Assembly: GCA_964447495.1 (NCBI GenBank)
Contig: CAYUTF010000008.1
Span: 38,573 to 51,967, forward strand
Length of the DNA stretch: 13,395 bases
Origin: an uncultured archaeon
Lineage (GTDB): Archaea > Asgardarchaeota > Lokiarchaeia > Sigyniarchaeales > SOKP01
Direction of reading: 5' to 3'
The position numbers and the translations under genes are program-made. The notes beneath the pieces are model-generated. The model saw nothing but the letters and a program-made list of their open reading frames with translations, searched no databases and had not been told where the DNA came from. Shown piece by piece: positions 1 through 8,205 of this stretch. Numbering within the stretch: the first letter of the stretch is position 1; each line of letters starts with the position of its first letter.

Positions 1-1
1 T

Positions 2-271
2 TATGGTATTAAAGTTTCAGTTGGTGGAAGGGTTTACCGTACTAGCGAGGTTCTTCAAGATGATGGAACATATGGTCATTCAATGGAATATCTTTATTGG
101 TGGGATATGAATGATATATATCGTCAAGTATATGTAACAGGAGGAGCAATGCCAATAGTAAGCTCTGAGCCTTTGGCATTCCCAAAAGTTATTTTGAATG
201 TGGATGATTCATGGTCGCCGAAAAAAAATAAGTCAGATGATGCATTATCTTCAAAAAAAAATTCTGAATAA
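2..271 (+). CDS. Hypothetical protein, 5'-truncated by the window edge
   Basis: Frame is open from base 2 (YGIKVSVGGRVYRTSEVLQDDG...) through the ATG at 83 to TAA 269-271. Confidence 0.6.
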   Translation, partial: YGIKVSVGGRVYRTSEVLQDDGTYGHSMEYLYWWDMNDIYRQVYVTGGAMPIVSSEPLAFPKVILNVDDSWSPKKNKSDDALSSKKNSE

Positions 272-306
272 AATAACTTTTTTCCCACACAAATAGGAGA
301 CAAATC

Positions 307-1287
307 GTGGATTATAGTAAAGAAGCGATAGATAACACTATCTTGAAGGTTAGAGTAGGATCTCATTTATTTGGGACAAATACAGAAGATAGTGATTTAG
401 ATATTGAAGGTATTTTTATGCCTCCAATATCTGTTTTATATGGTTTAGGGGAATGCAAGGAGGTTGATTTAAGTGAAGCATCAAAGGATGAAAAGGGTCG
501 GAATACATCTGATGCTATAGATTTTAAATTGAGAGAATACAGGACATTTATGCGATTAGCTATTCAGAATAATCCTAATATTTTGAATATTGTTTTTTCA
601 AATGATGAAAATGTTATTTTTCAAGACGAATTTGGAGAGCGATTGAGGGGAATGGCAGAGTATTTTCCATATAGAGATGGGTTAAGAAGGTATTATGGAT
701 ATGCTCAATCTCAATTGCAGAAAATGACGATTAAGCCAGATAATTATTCTTATTTAAACAAAGCGTTGGATTTTTTATCTGGATGTAATCAAAAAGCTAT
801 TCTTGTTGATGTAATAAAATCAAAATATAATCCATTGGCTGGAGTGTTTATTGATAATGGGCCTGGTAAGCATGTTGTTGTTGCTGATTTGCATTTTGAA
901 AGGGGACTTCAAGTAGGAAAAGTTGTATCGATGATTAATGGTAGATTAGAAAGGGCTAGTTCAAGAGCTGATAACTGGGAAAGATTTGGATATGATGTGA
1001 AATTTGCATCGAATTTGATTCAGATTTTAAAGCAAGGCATAGATCTTGGTAAGACTGGTGTACTTAAATTTCCATTAGGATATAGAGATTTGATTCTTGA
1101 TATAAAGAAAGGCAAGTTTAAGTTATCTGAAGTTGATAATATGGCTACAGATTTGATTGAAGAAATGATTTCTATTATGGAGGGTGAATGTTGTTTGCCA
1201 AAGAAGCCTAGAAGGTTGGAAATTGGAAATTTCACCATTATTGAAGTAAAGAAATGGTGTGACAAGCAGTTTGTTAGTTGTCATTAA
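307..1287 (+). CDS. Pol-beta superfamily nucleotidyltransferase, RlaP/phage Nuc-transf-like
   Basis: N-terminal motif VGSHLFGTNTEDSDLDIEGIF (GS...DxD), plus NNPNILNIVF and GYDVKFASNLI, typical of this family; AGGAGA RBS at 295-300 before GTG. Confidence 0.85.
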   Translation: MDYSKEAIDNTILKVRVGSHLFGTNTEDSDLDIEGIFMPPISVLYGLGECKEVDLSEASKDEKGRNTSDAIDFKLREYRTFMRLAIQNNPNILNIVFSNDENVIFQDEFGERLRGMAEYFPYRDGLRRYYGYAQSQLQKMTIKPDNYSYLNKALDFLSGCNQKAILVDVIKSKYNPLAGVFIDNGPGKHVVVADLHFERGLQVGKVVSMINGRLERASSRADNWERFGYDVKFASNLIQILKQGIDLGKTGVLKFPLGYRDLILDIKKGKFKLSEVDNMATDLIEEMISIMEGECCLPKKPRRLEIGNFTIIEVKKWCDKQFVSCH

Positions 1288-1292
1288 TATAA

Positions 1293-1308
1293 TGTTTCAC
1301 GTGAAACA
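1293..1308. promoter_or_regulatory. parS centromere-like site (ParB/Spo0J binding)
   Basis: TGTTTCACGTGAAACA is a perfect match to the chromosomal parS consensus; the palindrome extends to 22 bp (1290-1311); intergenic. Confidence 0.8.
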
Positions 1309-1333
1309 TTAGTGTTATTAAAGAGAGTTAATT

Positions 1334-1348
1334 GCGAACTCGAGTTCG
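1334..1348. repeat. Palindromic repeat copy 1, GCGAACTCGAGTTCG
   Basis: Identical 15-mer also at 5117 and 12517; lies just upstream of TTGACA at 1358. Confidence 0.85.
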
Positions 1349-1357
1349 TTATGATTG

Positions 1358-1387
1358 TTGACAAAATATTAATTAAGTGATAAGTAT
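1358..1387 (+). promoter_or_regulatory. Possible sigma70-type promoter
   Basis: Perfect TTGACA at 1358-1363; only a weak -10 (TG-A-TAAGTA) 17 nt downstream. Confidence 0.35.
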
Positions 1388-1422
1388 GAAATGATATTGG
1401 TATAGATATCAATGGAGTTGTG

Positions 1423-1869
1423 ATGGATAATAGGATTGTGATTTGTCCATATTGTGGAAAAAAGGCTGAGTTAAAAACTGGCAGAGAAATATATGCTGGT
1501 AGAGGTTCTTGGGATGGTAAAAAGTTTTGGGTTTGTGAGCCTTGTAATGCTTGGGTTGGGTGTCATGACCGAAATGAGAGATATGGGCGTGTTGGTGATG
1601 AACCATTAGGTAGACTTGCTAATAAAGAGTTGAGAGAAGCGAAGATGAAAGCTCATTTGGCATTTGATCCTATTTGGAAAGAGAAGGGTATGAAGCGTAA
1701 AGAGGCTTATGCATGGCTTGCTAAGAAGTTAGGAATACCTGCTGATGAATGTCATATAGGAATGTTTGATGTAGACATGTGTAGAGAAGTGGTAATAGTA
1801 ATGTCTGATTCAACTTGGGAAATTGGAGTAATAAAAATGTCTCATAAAAAATATAGGCTAAACATTTAA
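1423..1869 (+). CDS. DUF3268-family zinc-finger protein
   Basis: CPYCG...CEPCNAWVGCH...PLGRLANKELREAKMKAHLAFDPIW...AYAWLA...CHIGMFD pattern; GGAG at 1414-1417 favours ATG 1423. Confidence 0.8.
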   Translation: MDNRIVICPYCGKKAELKTGREIYAGRGSWDGKKFWVCEPCNAWVGCHDRNERYGRVGDEPLGRLANKELREAKMKAHLAFDPIWKEKGMKRKEAYAWLAKKLGIPADECHIGMFDVDMCREVVIVMSDSTWEIGVIKMSHKKYRLNI

Positions 1870-2049
1870 CTTACAGATCAAGTAATGAAAAGATTGGACA
1901 AATTAGTTGTGGAAAGTGATTCAAGTTCTAAGACTGATGTTATTAGAAAATCGCTTGCTTTATATGAGACAATAATGCGGATTAGAAAAGAAGATGGACA
2001 AGTTATATTATTATTTAAAGACGGAAATCAGATGGAATTGGTATTTTAA
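1837..2049 (+). pseudogene. Ribbon-helix-helix (CopG-like) protein interrupted by in-frame TAA
   Basis: GGAG RBS at 1825-1828 and ATG 1837 give MSHKKYRLNI*LTDQVMKRLDKLVVESDSSSKTDVIRKSLALYETIMRIRKEDGQVILLFKDGNQMELVF; RHH strand-helix-helix pattern; stop at 1867-1869. Confidence 0.6.
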
Positions 2050-2135
2050 ATAGGAGTGTCATATTATGGTGGTTTTACAAAGAAATAACGTAATAAATTA
2101 GAGCAGACCTATGATTATTTTTTTGGGGTTTATTA

Positions 2136-2321
2136 ATGGAAACAAATGAACAATTTTATAATGATATTGATAAAGCAAGAGAAGAAGGAAAGATTAGTTT
2201 AACAGAATGGGAGATTGATTTTATTGATTCAATTGGTGAACGATTGGATATGGGACGTGATTTATCCAGGAAACAGCGTGAAACGCTGGATAGAATTCAT
2301 GAAAAAATAAGACCATGGTAG
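2136..2321 (+). CDS. Small hypothetical phage protein
   Basis: 61-aa ORF (LTEWEIDFIDSI...LSRKQRETL) overlapping the next gene start. Confidence 0.7.
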   Translation: METNEQFYNDIDKAREEGKISLTEWEIDFIDSIGERLDMGRDLSRKQRETLDRIHEKIRPW

Positions 2322-2800
2322 ATGATAAATATTTAATAGATGCAGCTGTTAGAATACTTGCATCTGTTTCTGATAGACACCTTGATGTGATTAAGCTTAA
2401 TAAAATTCTTTTTTATCTTGATTTGAAATCATTGCTTGAGTGTGGTGAAACAGTAACTCATAAAGATTTTATTGCAATAAAGCAGGGGCCAGTAATTTTA
2501 AATTATAGAAAATGTCTTGTTGATTCTATGAAAGAAAAAGGTTTAATTGTTATCGAAGGTGATACGTTAATATTGTTGAATAGGACAGTTTTTGATGGGA
2601 AATTTTATTCTGATGAATTTTTATATGTTTTAGACCTTAGCAATGATGATTCTTTTTGGGATTGGTATAAAGAAAATATTGGTTGGCAGATTGCATATAG
2701 AGAGGGATTAGGAAGAGGGAGGAAATCACAATTTATTAATATGCATTTGGCTATGCAACAGATAGTTAATGATGATTGGAGGTATGAAAATGTTGAATAG
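2315..2800 (+). CDS. Panacea (DUF4065/SocA-like) antitoxin-domain protein
   Basis: KLNKILFYLD...GETVT...FIAIKQGPV matches the KLxKLLY...GPV signature of Panacea domains. Confidence 0.7.
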   Translation: MVDDKYLIDAAVRILASVSDRHLDVIKLNKILFYLDLKSLLECGETVTHKDFIAIKQGPVILNYRKCLVDSMKEKGLIVIEGDTLILLNRTVFDGKFYSDEFLYVLDLSNDDSFWDWYKENIGWQIAYREGLGRGRKSQFINMHLAMQQIVNDDWRYENVE

Positions 2801-2969
2801 AATAAAGAATTTTTTTGGTAGAATTATTTGTATGTGTGTTGGTTGCAAAATGGATCGTGATGTTTCTATAGTCGAGGAGTGGAAGTGTACTAGGTGTGGA
2901 TATCATCATGAGAAGATTGAGTGGCCAACGGTAGATATAAATTATAATCATTTTGATGATGCAAGTTGA
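2790..2969 (+). CDS. Small Cys-containing hypothetical protein
   Basis: GGAGG at 2778-2782 favours ATG 2790; CxxxGC and CTRCG motifs. Confidence 0.55.
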   Translation: MLNRIKNFFGRIICMCVGCKMDRDVSIVEEWKCTRCGYHHEKIEWPTVDINYNHFDDAS

Positions 2970-2975
2970 GATAAT

Positions 2976-3218
2976 ATGAATACTATGATTATAAAAAATG
3001 ATGCTGACCTGAAAAAAGCATTTGATCGTCTCGATGAAATTTGGACATCAAAGCCAGGTGAAGAGAACTGGGAAGAACGTTGTGACCTGGTGGACAAGAT
3101 TGAACAATATGAGAATTTGACTGTTGATATTTCTCCACCAAATCCGGTTGATGCAATTCTTTTTAGAATGGAGCAAAGTAACCTGCTTTGGGAGGTGATT
3201 AATAATGAGAAAGAATGA
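2976..3218 (+). CDS. HigA-like antitoxin N-terminal domain lacking the C-terminal HTH
   Basis: IKNDADLKKAFDRLDEIW...PG...LVDKIEQYE...PPNPVDAILFRMEQ follows the HigA (COG5499-type) N-terminal pattern; the ORF stops just where the HTH would begin. Confidence 0.7.
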   Translation: MNTMIIKNDADLKKAFDRLDEIWTSKPGEENWEERCDLVDKIEQYENLTVDISPPNPVDAILFRMEQSNLLWEVINNEKE

Positions 3219-3438
3219 ATTTGGTAGGCATCTAAATGCTATCCGAATTAGCAGAGGTATAAGTCTTGATGAATTAGCAGATGAAACTCAAATAGCTTCA
3301 TGGGTTTTATGGAGTTATGAAGAAGGGAAGGAAATTCCTAAAAAACCTAAAGTGCATGCTATAGCAAGAGTATTAGGTTGTGATGCTAGGAATCTTTTGG
3401 ATTCAAGGAAGTATTCATTAACGGAGAAACATCAATGA
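3205..3438 (+). CDS. XRE/Cro-type helix-turn-helix protein
   Basis: FGRHLNAIRISRGISLDELADETQIASWVLWSYEEGKEIP is a classic XRE pattern. Confidence 0.85.
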   Translation: MRKNEFGRHLNAIRISRGISLDELADETQIASWVLWSYEEGKEIPKKPKVHAIARVLGCDARNLLDSRKYSLTEKHQ

Positions 3439-3701
3439 AATTTGAGGATAACAAATCAATAGGGCATAAGGAAGGGGATTTTTTTATTGGTGGAAAGATG
3501 GTAACGGTACCAGTTCCTCAATGGGAGAATACTAAACAGGGTGATGCTATACGTTCTAAAAGAAGAGCAAGTGGTATTACATTGAGAAGAGCTGCATCTA
3601 TGATAGGAATAACTGGTACAGAATTGACAGGGTTAGAGATAGGGAAATATAGTATTTCAGAAGATGATTTTGATGATATTATGAGAAAATTGAGTGAGTA
3701 A
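3435..3701 (+). CDS. XRE-type helix-turn-helix protein
   Basis: GDAIRSKRRASGITLRRAASMIGITGTELTGLEIGK; ATGA overlap with the previous gene. Confidence 0.75.
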   Translation: MKFEDNKSIGHKEGDFFIGGKMVTVPVPQWENTKQGDAIRSKRRASGITLRRAASMIGITGTELTGLEIGKYSISEDDFDDIMRKLSE

Positions 3702-3703
3702 TA

Positions 3704-3985
3704 ATGTTTGATAAATATGATGAAATGATAAAACGTGAAAGGGAAAAATGGCTTTGTGAAAGAAAAAAATGGTATAATAAAATTGAAAAAAATTTTGATG
3801 TAAAATCATGTAAAGGTTTAGCTAATAAATATTGGTTTATTTTAGCAGCAATATTTTTATCTTTGGTATCTTTGCCTTTTTGGGTTCCTACTAATATTTT
3901 AAGAATAATAGGTAATGTTTTCCCATTAATTGGATTATGTTTGTCATTGTTAGCATTATTATTATTATTTTATAGGAATAGGTGA
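3704..3985 (+). CDS. Small membrane protein (about 2 TM segments)
   Basis: Hydrophobic stretches WFILAAIFLSLVSLPFWV and VFPLIGLCLSLLALLLLF. Confidence 0.6.
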   Translation: MFDKYDEMIKREREKWLCERKKWYNKIEKNFDVKSCKGLANKYWFILAAIFLSLVSLPFWVPTNILRIIGNVFPLIGLCLSLLALLLLFYRNR

Positions 3986-3988
3986 ATT

Positions 3989-4291
3989 ATGACTTGGTTT
4001 CGTAATATGACTTATTATGAATGGGCGTTAATTATGTGTAAGGAACTTAAAGAATGGAAAAAGACTGCACCAATATTAACGGATGAGGAGGCTTATAAAA
4101 GATTAAGGGGGCTTGGTTACTTTACAACAGATAGAGAATCTAGAATGAAAATTTTAAATGTTGGATTATGGATTAGTGCAACGTTGGTTGATTTTGATGA
4201 AGGTTATCATTTAGATGCAAGACCATGTTTTTTGAATAAGGATGGACATTTGAGGAAGATGAAAGTGGGGCCATTGGCTTTTGAGTTATAA
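3989..4291 (+). CDS. Hypothetical protein
   Basis: 100-aa ORF tightly packed in the operon-like run. Confidence 0.6.
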   Translation: MTWFRNMTYYEWALIMCKELKEWKKTAPILTDEEAYKRLRGLGYFTTDRESRMKILNVGLWISATLVDFDEGYHLDARPCFLNKDGHLRKMKVGPLAFEL

Positions 4292-4496
4292 GGAGATAGT
4301 TAAGATGGTTGTTGCTAAATTGCATATTATATGTGGTAATTGTGGAAAAGACGATGAATTTGAACATGATATTTTGCTTGGTCAAAAAGGTGCTAGAATG
4401 AAATCAACTCGTGTATTTCTGAAGTGTAAAAATTGTGGTACTATTCATGAATTAGATAATTATTCTGAGTTGAATGCTATTCAAGAAGAAATTTAA
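4281..4496 (+). CDS. Zinc-ribbon protein
   Basis: CGNCG and CKNCG pairs; the true start may be the ATG following AAGGAG. Confidence 0.65.
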   Translation: MSYKEIVKMVVAKLHIICGNCGKDDEFEHDILLGQKGARMKSTRVFLKCKNCGTIHELDNYSELNAIQEEI

Positions 4497-4498
4497 AT

Positions 4499-4690
4499 AT
4501 GTTATTGAAAATAGATAAAAATGGTATTTGGGATTTAGACAGAGGATGTTATATTATATGGACAGGTTTGGATGCAAGGTTGCATTGTTTAGGTGATAAA
4601 ATTGAAAAGTTGAATGATTGGTTTGCTGATGTCTGTAGAAAACATCCTATCAATATTGAAAACGATAAAAACGGGAATAGTATCTCTTGA
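4499..4690 (+). CDS. Hypothetical protein
   Basis: Starts 2 nt after the previous stop; 3' end overlaps the next ORF. Confidence 0.45.
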   Translation: MLLKIDKNGIWDLDRGCYIIWTGLDARLHCLGDKIEKLNDWFADVCRKHPINIENDKNGNSIS

Positions 4691-4997
4691 ATCAGAAGTG
4701 GTATTTTTGATTGAAGAAAAATTTAAAGAATTTGGTATTAAATATTCAAAAGAAGTTTTTTTATCTAAAGGATGCAGAGTAGACCTTTTGACAGAAGATG
4801 GGATTGCTATAGAAGTAAAAAAGGGCAAGCCCAATACAAGATTTGTATCAATGCAAATTCAAAGATATGCGAGTAGTGATAAAGTAACGGCTGTAATTCT
4901 TGTATCTGAGAGGGGATTATTTAGTCATATAACAGAAGCAAATGGTAAACCGATTGGGTATGTTTCATTATCATCGAATTGGGGAGTAGCTTTATGA
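4614..4997 (+). CDS. PD-(D/E)XK superfamily nuclease
   Basis: E...RVDLL...IAIEVK...QIQRY catalytic pattern; exact start uncertain. Confidence 0.7.
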   Translation: MIGLLMSVENILSILKTIKTGIVSLESEVVFLIEEKFKEFGIKYSKEVFLSKGCRVDLLTEDGIAIEVKKGKPNTRFVSMQIQRYASSDKVTAVILVSERGLFSHITEANGKPIGYVSLSSNWGVAL

Positions 4998-5143
4998 AGA
5001 TGTGTGTTAATGGGTGTAATGAGCCAGTTCATAAGCCATCAAAAGTTTTATGTAAAAGATGTTTAGATGAATTGGATAAAAAGATGAAGGCAATATTTAA
5101 ACGGATGAAGGATAGAGCGAACTCGAGTTCGCAGAAAGGTTGA
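4994..5143 (+). CDS. Small Cys-rich protein (49 aa, not in the ORF track)
   Basis: GGGGAG RBS and ATGA overlap; MKMCVNGCNEPVHKPSKVLCKRCLDELDKK...; TGA 5141-5143. Confidence 0.55.
   Translation: MKMCVNGCNEPVHKPSKVLCKRCLDELDKKMKAIFKRMKDRANSSSQKG
5117..5132. repeat. Palindromic repeat copy 2, GCGAACTCGAGTTCGC
   Basis: Perfect 16-bp palindrome ending 15 nt before ATG 5148. Confidence 0.85.
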
Positions 5144-5147
5144 GAAG

Positions 5148-5525
5148 ATGAAATTTCATAGTTGGACAGAAGAAGATGATAGTAAGTTGAAGGTAGCTAT
5201 AAGAGATTGTCAACCTATTTTTGACCACTATAAGGAACAAGGTAAAACTTATAGTGAAGCTAATGCATGGGATGCTATTGCTGGGAGATTGTTGCCTGAT
5301 ATTTGTGTTACAGGTGCAGCATGTAGAAGACGATATGAGAAAATAAAGGAGAAAGAGAGTAGTGGTTGGGAGGAGACAATAGAAAAAGTTGAAGCTTATG
5401 AGCGTGGATTAGCAGAGACAACTTTTGATGGAGTTTCTGAATTGCTTGGTAATGTAGATGCCATATTTGACGCTATAAGAGATATAAGAGAAGAGATTAG
5501 GGAATTGAAAGACCTTTGGAAATGA
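5148..5525 (+). CDS. Myb/SANT-like DNA-binding protein (RsfA-like) with coiled-coil C-terminus
   Basis: SWTEEDDSKL...AWDAIAGRL...TGAACRRRY resembles the Myb-like WT.EED...TAAAC..RW pattern of RsfA-type regulators. Confidence 0.55.
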   Translation: MKFHSWTEEDDSKLKVAIRDCQPIFDHYKEQGKTYSEANAWDAIAGRLLPDICVTGAACRRRYEKIKEKESSGWEETIEKVEAYERGLAETTFDGVSELLGNVDAIFDAIRDIREEIRELKDLWK

Positions 5526-5698
5526 AAATTAATTGGATTGTAATATTGAAAGTTGATGATTATGATTTAGGGGTTGAGAGGCTACCAGAGTTTTATCCAT
5601 GTGAAGAGAAGAGTGAAGCTGAAAGACTGTATGAACATTTCAAGCTGAATTGGTCAGATGTGTATTTGTGTAAAGTAGAAAAGGGACCGTTGGTATAA
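5522..5698 (+). CDS. Hypothetical protein
   Basis: ATGA overlap with the previous stop; ends 1 nt before the helicase start. Confidence 0.6.
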   Translation: MKINWIVILKVDDYDLGVERLPEFYPCEEKSEAERLYEHFKLNWSDVYLCKVEKGPLV

Positions 5699-5699
5699 T

Positions 5700-7469
5700 A
5701 TGGCAGATGAATTTCCTGATTATTTAAAAGAACCGACAAATGTTGGTTATAAATATGGAGATCTTTATTATAGAAAGGGAAGGTTTATTCTGTCTGGCGA
5801 ACCTGTCATGATGGAATTTGCAAAGCGTGTCTTTCCTGGTGCTCAAGTAGGTGGATATAGAAAGACAGGAAAATTATCATTTGGTAGGTCATCTAGAGAG
5901 GTTTCAGATCTCAATTGGATGATGATGAGATTTCCATTGAATGTGCATTGCAAGGAATATTTAGATAAAGCAAGAGACACTGCAATTGACAGATGGTTTG
6001 GATTAGCAACTGGAAATAATTTAAAGCCAACCACTCCACCATCTGAGTTTCTTGGAAAGTTGTATCCATATCAAGAAGAAGCTGTCACTTTTATGACATC
6101 AAATAGAAGAGTCTTATTAGGAGACAGCATGGGATTGGGTAAGACATGGAGTGCTCTTGGTGCAGTAGCTCAATCTAAGATGTATCCGTGTTTAGTAGTA
6201 TGTCAGGCACATGTTCAATTACAGTGGCAAAGAGCTATAGGGTCTCTTTTTGATATGGGTAGTGGATACCCAAAAAGTCTTTTTGATACTGATTTTGATG
6301 TATCAATAAAAAGAGGAAAAGTTTTAGCACCTATATTAAGGGGAAGGACATCATACAGAATTCCAAGATTGCCATTTTCAATAATACATTATGGATTGAT
6401 TGCATGGTGGGAAGAAGAATTATTGGCAAATGGATTTAAGACTGTAATTTATGATGAGATTCAAGAATTACGACATAGTGACACTAAAAAATATTCTACT
6501 GCTTCTCTTTTATCTGGGAATGCAGAGCATGTTTATGGTCTTTCGGGTACTCCTATTTATGGGTACGGTTCAGAGATATGGTCAGTTACCAATGCTGTTG
6601 ATTTTAATTGCTTAGGGTCACAGGAGGCATTTGGTAGGGAGTGGTGTGATGGGTATGGGTCTAAGATAGTAAAGGATCCAAAGGCATTACACGGTCATAT
6701 GGTGCGTGAGGGATTGCTCCTTAGACGTAAATATGATGATGTAATGCCTGATTTGCCGAAAGTAATAAGGAGAGTTCAAGACCTTCAACAAGATGATGAA
6801 TTATATGAACAATTAATTGAAACAGCTAAAAGAAGAGCTGATGTTTGGCTTACTTCTTCTTTTACTGAAAAAGGTAGATTAGCAAGAGAGATAGAGGGAG
6901 AAACGAGACAAGCTGCAGGTATAGCAAAAGCAAAATATGTTGCTGAGTTTGTGGCATCATTAATAGAAGCTGGTGAAAAACCACTTGTTTATGCTTGGCA
7001 TCATGCTGTTCATAATATTTTACGTGAGACATTGGCGAGATATGAACCTTCTTTTATAACAGGAAAGCAGACACAAGCACAAAAAGATAGAGCAATACGT
7101 AAATTTGTTAATGGTGATAATGATATTGTTATTTTAAGTTTGAGGTCTGCATCTGGTATAGATGGTCTTCAATATCGTGCAACATGTTGTGTTTTTGCTG
7201 AATTAGATTGGAGTCCGGCAGTTCACGGGCAAAGTGAGACAAGAATTGCAAGAATAGGTGTTGATTCAACAGTGAAAGAAGTTCCTGCTTATTATTGTGT
7301 TTCAAGAAGTGGATTTGATGAAATAATATTAGATGTTTTAGGTGTAAAGAAAGGACAATTTTTAGGATTGATGGGGGATGAACCTGAAGATGAACAAGAG
7401 GAATATATTGCTTCACAAAGAATAGCTTCGAGAATAAAACTTTTGGTTGAAAAGTTGACAAATGGTTAA
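5700..7469 (+). CDS. SNF2-family (SF2) helicase/ATPase
   Basis: Q motif LYPYQ, motif I DSMGLGKT, motif II DEIQ, motif III SGTP, LLRR, motif V SGIDGLQ, motif VI QSETRIARIG. Confidence 0.92.
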   Translation: MADEFPDYLKEPTNVGYKYGDLYYRKGRFILSGEPVMMEFAKRVFPGAQVGGYRKTGKLSFGRSSREVSDLNWMMMRFPLNVHCKEYLDKARDTAIDRWFGLATGNNLKPTTPPSEFLGKLYPYQEEAVTFMTSNRRVLLGDSMGLGKTWSALGAVAQSKMYPCLVVCQAHVQLQWQRAIGSLFDMGSGYPKSLFDTDFDVSIKRGKVLAPILRGRTSYRIPRLPFSIIHYGLIAWWEEELLANGFKTVIYDEIQELRHSDTKKYSTASLLSGNAEHVYGLSGTPIYGYGSEIWSVTNAVDFNCLGSQEAFGREWCDGYGSKIVKDPKALHGHMVREGLLLRRKYDDVMPDLPKVIRRVQDLQQDDELYEQLIETAKRRADVWLTSSFTEKGRLAREIEGETRQAAGIAKAKYVAEFVASLIEAGEKPLVYAWHHAVHNILRETLARYEPSFITGKQTQAQKDRAIRKFVNGDNDIVILSLRSASGIDGLQYRATCCVFAELDWSPAVHGQSETRIARIGVDSTVKEVPAYYCVSRSGFDEIILDVLGVKKGQFLGLMGDEPEDEQEEYIASQRIASRIKLLVEKLTNG

Positions 7470-7533
7470 TTGATGATTATAAATAGAGTTGATTAAGGCT
7501 AAGATGGTCTTTATTCTTTAAAAGGAGATAAAA

Positions 7534-7851
7534 ATGTCTTGTATTTATAAACATACGTCAGTTCAAGTTCCCGATGAGGAATGGAAATGTCCTAAATGTG
7601 GGGCTGGTTTTGAGTATACTGACAAATATGGAGATAAACAAGAAGGATTTGTAGTAGTTGATTCCGTTAATTATGATTGTGATTTATTGCACGATGATGA
7701 TGAAGTAGAATGTGGCAGATGTGGATATACTACATCTGGGTCAAAATATGTTAGTGAGTATATAAAAATAAAAAATTTGGTCAAATGTCCTTGTTGTAAA
7801 GGAAAAGGAGTGATAACAAGAAAGAAGGCTGAAGAATATAAAAATAGATAG
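7534..7851 (+). CDS. Multi-Cys zinc-finger protein
   Basis: AAGGAG RBS; CPKCG, CGRCG and DnaJ-like CPCCKGKG motifs. Confidence 0.7.
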   Translation: MSCIYKHTSVQVPDEEWKCPKCGAGFEYTDKYGDKQEGFVVVDSVNYDCDLLHDDDEVECGRCGYTTSGSKYVSEYIKIKNLVKCPCCKGKGVITRKKAEEYKNR

Positions 7852-7859
7852 GATTAACA

Positions 7860-8174
7860 GTGAAGCATTTAATTTTTACTGCAAAATATAATAGGTTAAT
7901 ATCTAATAATGAAATTTTATCTATATTTCATGGTGCTTGTGAAAAAGCTAATGCTCATATTAGACGTTCTATAGAGTATTCTTTTTTTCCTGGTGGTTTT
8001 ACAGCAGTAGTTATTTTGGCTGAGAGTCATGCTTCAATTCATACATGGCCAGAAACCGGATTGATAAGGGTTGATTTCTTTTCTTGTTCTATGTCTCCAA
8101 ATTTTGATGATTTTACAGATTATTTCAGGGAAAGTGGATTTATTGTGAACAAAGTTGATATTTTGGAGAGATGA
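7860..8174 (+). CDS. speD: S-adenosylmethionine decarboxylase proenzyme (pyruvoyl, short class)
   Basis: FPGGFTAVVILAESHASIHTWPE...VDFFSC with the E-S autocleavage site. Confidence 0.88.
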   Translation: MKHLIFTAKYNRLISNNEILSIFHGACEKANAHIRRSIEYSFFPGGFTAVVILAESHASIHTWPETGLIRVDFFSCSMSPNFDDFTDYFRESGFIVNKVDILER

Positions 8175-8205
8175 GTTTCTTTAGGGAATAGGGTGAATTT
8201 TTGTG

